Shown here: positions 14,701-26,370 of the stretch, one piece after another | Numbering within the stretch: the stretch's first letter is position 1 | How the letters are laid out: each line of letters opens with the position of its first letter | NCBI GenBank assembly: GCA_051294905.1 | Contig: CM119372.1 | Span: forward strand, 1,736,001-1,800,000 | DNA from: Botryllus schlosseri | Lineage: Eukaryota | Direction of reading: 5' to 3' | DNA: 64,000 nucleotides | The notes under the pieces: model-generated | What the model saw: only the letters and a program-made list of their open reading frames with translations | What the model was told of the DNA's origin: nothing | Database searches by the model: none | Program-made: the position numbers and the translations under genes

Positions 14701-17700
14701 GTTTATTCAAATATGAATATACTATTCAATTGTATATTGAAGTTCTGTACCTCCAAGAAGCTCTTCAAAGATTGGAATTCTAAATTTTGCTGCATTTCTT
14801 CTCAATTCAGAATTTCATTCAATTTCTTGAGTTTTTGCAAATTCAGTAATGGTAATTCCAATCACATTTCCAATAAAAACATATAGCTATAATTTTAATT
14901 TAAATTTAATTTGGTTAAGCTGAAAATTTTCTAGTTCTCCGCCTCCTCTGTGGATTAGTTATCCATAATTCGACCGACCTAAATCGAAGTTACTATTTTG
15001 TGGATCCGAAAATTAGTCCGACTCCATTTACCTGGCATCGGTTTAATGTCCACGACCACCTGAGCGTTAAGCGATTTGGACGGTTCGTCCTCGAGTAAAC
15101 GGTAAAGTGTCTTGTCGTTCTTGAAGGTGTCGTCGCCGTGAACTGCGCTTAGGAATCGCGATTGGAATAAACCGCCCGCAAATTCGGCAGCCTGCTCCTG
15201 TCCTGAAAAGCACAAAAGAGTGTTTAGTACTATTTGGGAATCGGAAATGCAGGGTTGTAACGACTCGAGTCACGATGTTTTGGTGACTCAACTTGACTCG
15301 AGTCATTTTTTCAAATGCTTAAAATGACCAGACTCGAGTCAATTTGCTTATTGACTCGACTTGTACTCGAGTCATTGTGCGGGACTCGAAGCAAGCATTA
15401 TGACTCTAAACTAGGATGGTCAAGACCGACATTTCATCGTAACTTCGAAGAATAGTAAAGTCACCACATGATTAGTACTTCGTATATCTGAACTGATACT
15501 CGGGAAAATAGGGCCAGAAACCGTTAGGACTGAGGAAAATTACGATAGTATGAATGCGTGTCATTCTATATCACTCGAGCAGAGTTGAAATAAGTGGGTT
15601 GAACCGGGCTGAATTCAAAACTGAACAGTGAGCATAATGACTTGGACTCGGACTCGACCCGCAACCAGCTGACTTGGACTTGGACTTGTCTCGGTGGTGA
15701 ATTGAAAATGACTCGACTTGACTCGAGTCAAAACTATAAAAGTGAGATGGATTTGAGACTCGCAGCCTTGTGACGTGGTTACAACCCTGCTGAAATGTAA
15801 AAATATTATAATATACTATGTAGGGTTGCGCACGATAATTGGATTATTCGAATCTAAGTCGGGTATTAATTCTAATGATTTGACTCAAGCGGCGATAGAC
15901 GATTCTTTCTAGCACAATACTGAAATGATACGCTCCTTGCCAGTAGAGTTAATCTATCAATGACATTTATGCGAAGTCGTGATCAACCCACGGCAATGTC
16001 TCAAAGTGCAATGAAATAGGTATGGTCGAAAAAACACCAAAGCATCTTTAATGTGATGTAAAAACTGGCATAATATTCTCAGTTAGCCGCATAAAGGTAC
16101 GAGGGCTGTTCAAAAAAAAAACTTCTCCTTCAGATTTCACTGGCTACTTGATAAAATTGTTATGCTGGTGAAAAAACGCTGCACACCAACTTTGGCTCCA
16201 TTCCAACCACTAGAAGTGAAGTTATTGCAGTAGAAAACTTTCTAATTCAATGATTTTATAATAAATAATTAAAGAGTTGGTCACCGTAAATACTATTTTA
16301 TTCAAATCCAAATTTTTCTACTGCAATATCTTCGCTTCTAGTGGTTGGAATTGAGCCAAATTTGGTGTGCATCATCTCTACTGACAGCCCAACAATTTTA
16401 TGGGGTCGGTAGAAAAATTTTGAAATTTTATTTTTTTGTTTTTAATGATATAAATTCAAAACTTTCTACTGCACGAATCTTGCTTCTACTGGTTGGAATG
16501 GAGCCAAAGTTGGTGTGCAGCGTTTTATCAAACGACCTAAAAATTTGATCAAGTAGCCCGTGAAATCTGAAGGAAAAGTTTTTTTTTAACAGCCCGAAGG
16601 TACATATTTGAACATTCCCTATCATTTATACCGTTTTGAAGTCATGATGAGCGGTACTCGAGTCGAAGCCTCATACTCTACTCGGTATCAAATCGATTTA
16701 GCCACGCTGTGGAAGAAAATGAATGAAAGAAAAACGCTCACCACATCCTTGATGCTGTTGGATCCACGATACCAGCTCACATCCCATAAAGCAACTCTTG
16801 TGCACCACCAACAGATTTCTGTAACAGATTTCGAAAGTCGATCACAAGTTGCAAATATGTATATGTGAATTCAGAATCAAAGTCAATTTCCAAGTTTTTC
16901 GCGAATTCTGTAATTCCAATTCTAATTCTAATCTAATTTGAAAATAATACTGCGTAGCTATCATTCCAATTCCAACCGAATTTGAACAAGCTGAAAATAC
17001 ACTAGTTGTCAAACTCTGCGAGAGACAGCGCCACCATTCATCGGTATTATAAAATACAAGCGAAACAAGAAAACGTTACCGATGGTCTTTCACGACTCCA
17101 CTCCTTTTGAACAAATGAATGAGGCTCGCGTCGTCATCATTTTCCTCGGGAATTTGCGCTACAATCAAGAGATAGCGTCTGTGTGAGTTTCGCATATACC
17201 AAATCCGGTTAAGCAGTATTAGCAAAACCGATAACAGGAATCATTTATTGTGACAGCAAGTGGGAGAATTGGCATTTTGATTTCTTTCTGGTTCTATAGT
17301 CTAGGTTCCAAAGGCGTTGTGGCTGTAACCAAGGCAGTTTCATATTGTTAGTCTGAAGCTGGAGTCTGGAGAAGGAAACGTTCGGAAAATGAGACTAAAT
17401 CGATTCCGAAAAGAAATATGAATACAAAAGACTACTTAGCTACCGGCGACGTTTGGAAAATGATAGAAAATAATGTAGTAGACATCTCTAGCCCAACGAA
17501 TGACGGCATACAATAGGTAGCCTATCCAAAAGGTACGTCGATAATGGAAATCAGGCATAAAAGACGATAGAGATACCTTCTGTTGAAGCGGCATCAACAG
17601 GTGCAGGCACGGGTGGGGCATTTTTCGGAACTGGTCTCGTCTTGATTTCGTCGATAAGTTTCAGAAGATCCTCTTTCGACTGAAAATTTCACATCGATTA

Positions 17701-20700
17701 TCATTAGGAATGGCAATATCAATATCGGAAAAATGTGCGAGATCACTATACCGGTGGTTCCTATTTTCCCAACCTTTTTGTTATCACAGATTGCTTTAGA
17801 CAAATTTAATTAATCCTGCAGACACCTGAATTTTGCCTGAAACTCAATTAACATACTGTTGACTGTTGCGGTAATTATGTTAATCATACGGTACTGTGTC
17901 GAATTGCTGCTGTTGTTAGAAAGAAGAAAAAACAGAAGGAACGAACGGAAGAACAAAAGTTGAATTCAATATCGGTACGAAATTGAATAAACAATGGACA
18001 ACATACGAGAAAAATGAGGAAATATTTAAATAAAGACGTGATAGGCTGACGACTTGAACTAAAATCACATGCTTTCTGTTCTGTAATAAACGAGGCAATC
18101 CTGATTTGACGGTATTCACCATGCGTTGTGGTAGATGCAGCATTGTGGTGTAAGGTCAATGTACGACGTACGTACACACACTGTTGGCAGCAGCATCCAT
18201 TTATTTTAATGCATATTTGTACAGCATATTCTCGCGTGACACATGACACAACTTGACACATGCACAGCTAATGAGAGAAATGAAAGTTTCTTCGTTTCCC
18301 AAAAATTCATCAAGGTAATCACATACCCCAAAATTCTTGGGAAACACTGCACTATACACTTCAGTAGCATTTTCAGGAAAGCCAGAAATTTGGAAAGTGA
18401 TTAGTAGGGCAAGTTTTTGCAGCTTTTGCAACTTTTTTATACAGCTTCCGGCAGCTTCCTAAATACTCGGAAGTTACGTAAAATGCTTTTTTATGCTGTT
18501 TGAAGGAATCTTATAGTGCAACTTTTTGCAACTTTTCGATTTTTCATGAAAGTTTTTTGATTTTTCATGCAACCAACTTTTTACTGGAAATATTTGGCAG
18601 TATCCTATATGTAAATAGATCGCTTGATTATTCGACTGAAATATGGTACCGTAAAACAGCACTGAAGTAACGCTCCAACAGGTATTTTGGAAGCTGAGCC
18701 GGAAAGTTGACCTTTTTTTTTAGTCAACCAACGGAGAATGTGGTCTTTTAGTGCAACTTTTGTGAAAAATAAATGCAACTTTCCACGGATTTGACTGCAA
18801 CAAAAACTTGCCCTAGTGATTAGTTCTAGGTCTAATTGAGAATTTTGAAAAGTGAGCAGTTCTAGTTCCAGTTGTGAATTTTGAAAATCCAGTACGTTAT
18901 ACAAGTCTGGTCAATGCAGAGTTCATGCGGTGTTAGATAGACTTCAATTACCAAGCTACGGAATTCCTCTATTCCTCCCACATGAATGCTATTGAAAAAG
19001 ATTTGCGGCAGCGTGCGTTTACCAGTCAATTTCATCACCGGCTTCCTGTGGAAATTACAAGTTGAAATTTAGCTACAATCACACATGCATCAACTGGTGA
19101 TTAACGGCGGAATCAATATCCCAGACAGAAGAAATAAAATTGACAAATTAGCTTATTGAACATAATACAACAGCGGGATTTAGAAGCAACAAGGTTTCTT
19201 TGTTGGCATACAAGTGTTCTAAGTCTTATAAGTCTGAGTTCAACCTGATTCACAAACATCCATTCTTAATCTTGACTTGACTTGAGTCATTCTGTGTATT
19301 GTTTCGACTTGTACTCGAGTCATTGCGCATGACTCGGAACAAATCATATGTTTCGAGACATGCACTTCGCTGTAACTTCGAAGAATAGTACACTGCCGCA
19401 TATTCAGTATCATTGACTATCAGTAGGCTTACTGGTCTTTGTAAATAGGGCCAGAAACTGTTTAGAGCGAGGAAAACTACTATATCATGATTCATGAATG
19501 TGACGCATTCAATATCGACAAAAAAAGTCAAAAAAGTGAGTTGAACAGGGCTTGAACTCGAAAATGAACAACAAACACAATGACTTGGACTCAAGACTTT
19601 GAACTGTGACTTGGACTCGAGTCAGCGGTGAATTGAAAATGACTCGACTTGACTCGAGTCAAAATTATAAAAGTAGAATTGACTTGTAACTCGGGACCTT
19701 GCGACTTGGTTCCAACCCTGCTTATCAGTAACATGAAACCCATAAAATTATTATATAAAATTATATACCAAGATAATTTAAAGAAAATTACACTTTCGAA
19801 ATTATACCTTGACAAATTACAGTTTTGAAATTATATAAATTACTGATGCAGATTAATTGATTAGCTCACAGACTCACAGACTCGGGTTTAGAACCACTAT
19901 GTAGCAAATCCAACCTGAAATGGGGGTTGTCGTCCATATTGACTTCGGTGAAAGGCAAATTGAGGTCTTCAAATTTATTCTTCACGACGCGGCAATGCGG
20001 ACATCCAGAAATCGAGTATAACGTGATCCTTCCCGGGTATTTCTCTGGAGAATCCAAATGCAAAAATATTCAATAGAGTCAATTGGTGCATGCAGATAAC
20101 TTGAGATAAGAAATACGATAAAGTCTAAGATTTAACGTCCTACAACTACAGCTGGGCACAACGATTGAAGAACTGAATCGAGTATTAATTCTAACGAATC
20201 GAGTCGGGTAGTGGGAGATGATTTTTTTCAAGTAGGTCTACTGAAATTGCACGCTCCTTGCTAGTAAGAGTTGAATTATCAACGAAAATAATAGTTTCAA
20301 TAGTATTTTTCACCATGGAAGTCCTGTTGGCCGTATAGCAGCATACAAAATATTGTAGTAGGCCTACTAAGCTACTCACGATACTGAAAATGCCATATCT
20401 GTGAAGTCGTGATCAACCCATGGCATCGTCACAAAATGCAATGAAATGGGTATGGTCCACAAAAATACAAAATCATCTTTAATGCGATGTGGAACTTGCA
20501 TTATATTCTTTATGCTAGCATAAAAAGTACATATTAGAACTTTCCGCAGTTACGGCATCATAATAAGTGACAATCAATACTCGATTCGACGCCAGATATT
20601 CCATTCAGAATCGAATCACTAAGCACTCGATCTTGTCCAGCTCTACCTATAATCTTTAACAAGAACATCGAAAAAACACTGAATTCTACACTTGAACTTT

Positions 20701-23124
20701 CTATAGAAATTGTACACCAGCATGTCACAAAACTTATGACGCTCAGCCATACCTGGAACTGGAGGTGCGGTTTCAGGAATGGCATTCTCCCGTACATCCG
20801 ATATTAAATCTTCGAGTTCATTCTTTCCCTGATAAAGAAAATGGTAAATAATTATTTCCAAACAAGTATGCTCAACTCAACACAATCTGTAGCTGCTCGC
20901 GGCACGTTGTCTGGCAGTAGGTTGAATATTTCTTGACATAATGTAACAGTATGTTAATTTGAGAACCATTACAATGGACAATTCCTGGAAGACTGGTAAA
21001 TCTTAATTATCCCTAATCATAATTTAAATGATTAGCGATCCTCTTTCCTTACAGATATTAGTGTTCTATTTTCATGTATGGTGTAAGCTATCTATAGGCC
21101 CCCGTACTCAAGTTTCTTAATAACTAACATGCCTACCTAACAGTGCTTTACTAACAGCATTGCTATTCCAGGTAGGCAGGCATAGTCAGTATAGTATGCT
21201 AATCCACTGAGCCATTTCATAAGGCACAGGTCACAGCTGCAGACAATATGCTAACTGTCGAACCTGACAACAGATATTCATCATTCCTGACAGCAGACAC
21301 CGAAAGCACTACGACACCTACACAGCTGATTACAGTGAAATAGGAAAATTGGGTGTTTCTGACACTTACCAATGCTTGGAAGTCATCATTGCCGCCAACA
21401 TACCGTCCATTAAAAAATATTTGAGGAACAGTACGTCTTCCAGTAAGCTCAATGACTTTCAATCTAAAATATATTACAAGTTATTTTCAGATTTACCATA
21501 GTACGGTATATAGTACTAACCTAATTGGAATTATGCTAATTGCATTGGACAATCAATGGTAATCAGGACCGTAACTGCCGCACTCCAAACCCCCCCAATT
21601 AGGGGGGGGGCGAGCTCAAAGGGGGCCCAAAATTATTTCGTGAATTAGCATAAATTATAAAGTAATTTTTGAAAATTTATGCATCTTTTTCAAAATTTTT
21701 TCGCCCTCCGCGCGATATCAATTTGTAAAATATCTTGATTATTGGGTACTCTTCACCCAAGAAAAACTACGCAAGATTTATGAAAATGGGCATATCGGCG
21801 TTGGCCATTACCGCGCCACGACGCACCAAGATATATAGTTTTAGGCCATGTAACATGCGACTCCAAGAAATGTGCCAGAATGATCGGCAGCGAGAAAACC
21901 TTGGCCAAAAAGAACTGCACTTATGCTGATATGTATAGGTTTAATTGTCCATAGACGCCTAAATGACCGACTCCGAATGTTCCTGTCTTAGCAATCTGAA
22001 CCTCACAAGAGAAATACCATCCCACAAGGAAATATTATATGCCAGTGAAGAAATACCAATTTGAAATCGTGTGCGTCTTTTAGTTTAGTACATTTATGCT
22101 ATTATATATTTTTGATATAGCGGAGGTCACGATATAACATCATGTAACGAAGTCATACCAACAGGTCCGTCCGCCTGAAGATGTTTAATTAGCCTATTAT
22201 TTACGGGCCTTACAGTTTCCAAGACACCTCACTCAGCTCTACCGGTAAATCTGATAACGCAAGTAGAGAGGACAAGAAATTGATACCAATATATATGCAA
22301 TTCCCGATCTTATTGACCGATTTTATTATGAATTATTGACAATTTTCGCGCTTGTCGCGTGCTCACTAAATTGTACAACTAATTTCGCGGTAAAAGCGAA
22401 CAACGTGATGGGGGGGAGGGTCGGTTGAGCCCAAGACCCTAGTTTTTTTTACAGGGGCTGACTAAGTGCTGTTTAGTTCCTGCCAGCAGGTATACGCCCG
22501 AAGATATTTAATTATTATTATTGAGTGGTCCTAACTTTTCAAACACACCTCACTCCGCTCTACCAGTAAATCTGATTACGTGAGCAGAGAAAGGATAAAA
22601 ATTGATAACAATATATATGCAATTCTCGATCATATTGATCGCTTCAATCATGAATTATAAAAAAATTTCGCGCTTGGCGCTGTTAGTCGAGAAAAGCTCC
22701 CTCATTAAACGGACACTCAATATAGATGATAAGTAGTGGTAAACAACGTATAAGGAGAGCGGGGTTTGGAGGGCGAAGCCCCCCAGAAGTCCGGTTTATC
22801 ACCCTATGGGGGGTCCAAGACCAACGTTTTGGGGGGGCTGGCGAAGTGCTGTTACGGCCCTGATGGTAATAGCGGTGGGCCTATACAACATGAATAACGA
22901 AATCCGATTTAGTCTATTACGGTAGCGCACGAGATGCTTAAATCTGTAGGGCGAAATTTAAAAAACAAGCAATTTTAACCCATCGTATCATACCTGTACT
23001 CGGGATTTTCGTCCAAGTTTACTTCGGTGTAACTCAAATTCAATTCGTCTAGCTTCGTTTTCGCGGCTTTGCAGTGTGGGCATCCAGTAATCGAGTACAC
23101 GGTTACGCGGCCTTTCAATTGCAT
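8724..23124 (-). CDS. Glutaredoxin x2 - DEP - DUF547 domain protein, 15 coding exons, 580 aa
   Basis: Exons, all GT-AG and phase-consistent (1743 nt including TAG): 23124-22994, 21463-21370, 20828-20753, 20044-19915, 19045-18952, 17679-17577, 17158-17080, 16818-16742, 15202-15032, 12812-12658, 12231-12115, 11764-11678, 10837-10697, 9744-9601, 8867-8724. Grx1: YSITGCPHC...TGRRTVPQIFFNGRYVGG. Grx2: YSISGCPHC...TGKRTLPQIFFNSIHVGG. DEP-like: VKDHR...HKSCFMGCELVSWI...FLSAVHGDDTFKNDKTLYR. DUF547: EKLAFFINIYNALVIH, YSLQDIENGVLR, EPLIHFALVCGAKSCPP, LSKIMDWYKCDFG, YDWGTN. Confidence 0.92.
11440..11585 (-). mobile_element. Degenerate Penelope 3' tail with hammerhead relic
   Basis: Aligns by eye with 34160-34305. 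The minus strand reads CUGACGA-AUGUCAACC-GAAA-AUG-UC-CGGG, with the stem I 5' strand deleted between the two CUGANGA boxes. Confidence 0.65.
14547..14770. mobile_element. Inverted pair of Penelope pLTR/hammerhead units (both cores mutated)
   Basis: A minus copy at 14581-14612 (triplet UUC->UCC) and a plus copy at 14670-14701 (GAAA->AAAA, UC->UU) form a ~190-bp imperfect palindrome in intron 9 of the Grx gene. The flanks match the 34150-34240 tail. Confidence 0.75.
15250..15789. mobile_element. hAT MITE with GACTC/GAGTC subterminal repeats
   Basis: TIR CAGGGTTGTAAC / GTTACAACCCTG; TSD CGGAAATG/CTGAAATG. Copies at ~9038-9546, ~19240-19720 (reverse) and 63861-64000 (partial). Confidence 0.85.
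18405..18815. mobile_element. hAT MITE
   Basis: TIR TAGGGCAAGTTTTTG / CAAAAACTTGCCCTA with a perfect TSD GTGATTAG. Confidence 0.85.
21564..22862 (+). mobile_element. Non-autonomous hAT element, copy 1 of 3 (intron 1 of Grx gene)
   Basis: TIR CAGGACCGTAAC / GTTACGGCCCTG with a perfect TSD ATGGTAAT. Confidence 0.9.
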
Positions 23125-24277
23125 TTTAGCGGCGCGAGGCGAGCTCTTCCCACGACAACCACTTCTCAAAAACGTGAATCGTACTGAATTATAAATGGTA
23201 TGAAATAAGTTATATATTAGCTTTCCGCTCCAGTTAGCGTACTTGTAAACAATCCGCCACTCATCGTGATTCAGCAGTCCTGTTCGCACGTTATAGCATA
23301 GCCTTTGTAAAGGCTATGGTTATAGCAAAGCTGACGTATATACGCACTACGCAGGCAACATGCACGGCCCGCTAGGGTTGCAACGCTCTCTCTCCATCAG
23401 TTCGGTTTATGTTGGCCGACGGTAATGAGGCAATAATATATGTGGCTGACTGAGGGAAAACTTTGATAAAACCAGTATCAATTGAATGCTATCGGGGTAC
23501 TGATTCACGAAAAAACAGATTAGATCTTATTCTGTTCAAGGTCACACGAATCCCCACAAAATCACCCGTAAAATTTACGCTACGATAAAATTGGATTTGG
23601 ACGAGCGGTCATTTATCGGAGAAACGATTCCTCAGCTCAAGAGAAGTGAGGAGAACAACGTCTCTCGTGTCGATTGCTCGATGCTCAGTCGCTGCTCGAG
23701 GGCAATACGATCGCTGCCTCGAGGTGTTATTGATAAACATAGCTACCTGCTTGCAAGATAAATAGGCTACAAAACGACGTACTGATTTATCAAGTACGGC
23801 GGATCACGACTTTGTAACAGTGTTTTGTCGGCAATTCGACAGGCGACTAGCATCGAAGTTCGCACTCAAGTTAAAATAAAAGCAAATTCGATTGAATTAT
23901 TATATAGTCTGCGATCGAGATTATACCGGGTTACGATCTGACATAGCCTATTTATCTATTTCGCCTATCGACACATGTAACTTCTTTTTCATCGTATATC
24001 TACATCCCTTTTATGCGATATGCTGTTACTTTCAATTCAATGTACAATGCACTTACACATGCCTAGCTCTTATTGAGATGTCGTAGGCCAGCGCGGTATA
24101 CTATATTTTGGATTGAAATACCCCTTCAAGTCGCTTCCACCCCCTCTATCCCCCTTCATTTCATCCAAATCTTGTGGTGTTTAGAAATAATAAAAAATTA
24201 TTATTGCTGAGATTGACGGAGAATTATACACCGTACATCAGTTCAGTTCGGTTTATCAGCAATTTTTATCAGTTTAA

Positions 24278-24569
24278 TACCACCCCGAAATAGCCTTCAA
24301 AGTCTGAAAATCGGCATTGTTCTAAACCAGTGGTTCCCAACCTTTTTCGACTCATCGCCCCCTTCGCTATTTTCGCCCCCTGTCGCCCCCTTTGTCCATT
24401 TTCGCCCCCCTATCGCCCTCTTCGTCATTATTTCGCCCCCCTAGGCCAACCACTGTTCTAAACAATCGCAACCACGCACTGACCGTCGTTATGGTCATTG
24501 TGCTGCGCCGTCGCAATTGTTTAGAACAATGCCTATTTTCAGACTTTAAAGGCTATTTCGGGGTGGTTC
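24278..24569. mobile_element. Foldback MITE with nested 128-bp hAT MITE (24328-24455)
   Basis: Outer ~50-bp inverted arms ACCACCCCGAAATAGCC.../...GGCTATTTCGGGGTGGT. The inner element CAGTGG...CCACTG has a perfect TSD TTCTAAAC and tandem TCGCCCCC motifs. Confidence 0.85.
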
Positions 24570-25142
24570 CATTGCCTTGATGAAAGCTTAATGTATATCA
24601 TCAGAATCACCGCGACTGTAGCTTTCAAATAAGATCAACTTTATTTAATTTGAGCGCTCGGTTCGTCATCCATGGGATTATCAATCACGCTCCCGTTTCA
24701 TGCTATGAAGCGACAACAAATCTGCCGTTGTCGCATCACTCGACCGTGAGTCACGTGTTGCCCATCTATCCGTAGGTTAGTTATCTATACGCCGTTGCCG
24801 TTCATACGGCGACAAAAAAAGCCCAGTAAAAGACCCGATGAAAGAAAGCACTCACAAGTAAAGGAAAGAACTAGTAGAAAGGGCCGCGGCTTCAAAAAAG
24901 ATCAACATCGAAAAGAAGTGTGACTTCGGGCACTCTAGGCCGAGGTGGATGTTAGAGTAAAGGATCGCTACTGATGCGTGTCGTTCGACATCCTCGTATC
25001 TGTTCATGACATCGCATTGTGTCTTATCGCATTGTACATTGTATGTGACTTGTTCAGATGAAAAATATAACGTGACGATGTTAAGGTGTCGAAACGACTT
25101 GGAATAGTCTTAGGAATCTGGAACCCGCACCTTGACCTAGGC

Positions 25143-26370
25143 CACGGGTCGGGAACCTTTTTCCTCCGACGAGCCATATTGGCCCATTTTTTTTTCATTT
25201 TAACTCCAAAAGAGCCATACATGTCAATCAACTGTTACGTCACAATTGAAAATTCGTGACGTCATGGTAGCACTTATATAAACTCACAATCACAACATGG
25301 GATTCGCCGTGTGCGCCTCATTTTCTCTACAAAAACTCGTACGAATCATGCTGGTAAGTGGTAACCTTATTCGAGCATGCGAAACTTGAGTTACTAGAAC
25401 GTAGCTTCGTGGTGATGCTCCTTTTTAATGCGAGAACTCATGATCACATGCGCAAGTGGAGCCAAACATGATCTTGATCACTACGGCAGTACATACCCCA
25501 TGTAGGTGTGATACATCAGTGACATGGGGTCAGGGGAGGCAAGCGAGGCAGTTCGACACCTGTCGCCAGGATGAGTGAACGAAACTTGTGAAACCTTCAA
25601 TAACTATTGGTATTTTCTATCGATGTAAATGACTGAATTTTGAACATTTTCTTCCCACATAAGGCGATTTGCATATTTATTACTCGAGAATACAGCCCGA
25701 AGCGAGAGGTAACGCACAGACGGGCCAAACTTCGCCATTGATACCACAATTCAATAGCTTAGAATTCATAATAACTGATATGAATTGAATATAACTGTTG
25801 CACTGATTCTGAAAATCTAAATACTAATCGTCATCTCAATTCTCAAAGTATTCGACGGGAACATATAACGTAGCGTTACACGCCTACATTTTATCGCCGG
25901 TGCTACAAAGCGACTTACCAATCAAGAACGTGGATAGCTATGGCGTTACTTGTAATTGTGAATGTCACTTCCACGGCAGTTCATTTCGCGTCATAGATTT
26001 ATTTGATAACTGCATTGTCATATGGGCATCGCCATGTCTGCTAATCTCTTTGATCAATCAACGTATCGTGCAATCCAAGATTTCGAGGCGGGTACATCGA
26101 ATTCGCGAGTGATATTGGTCGCAGGCGCGACAACAATTTCAATTTGGGGATTTTGAAAAGGGTTGTCCGTGCGAGCCGGCATTATCTTTACCTCTCAACG
26201 ACATGTTTATACACAGTCACGAGAATAGTTATTCTGGTCGTGACGAAAATTTACCAACTAGTTGCTGCAATATTAATCAATTCAGTAAAAAAAAAATATT
26301 TGGCAAAGAGCCATACCTTATACCCAAAAGAGGCATATATGGATCGCGAGCCATAGGTTCTCGACCGCTG
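25143..26370. mobile_element. Non-autonomous hAT element
   Basis: TIR CACGGGTCGGGAACC / GGTTCTCGACCGCTG; TSD ACCTAGGC/GCCTAGGC. It splits a host repeat that is contiguous at 29420-29490. Confidence 0.8.
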
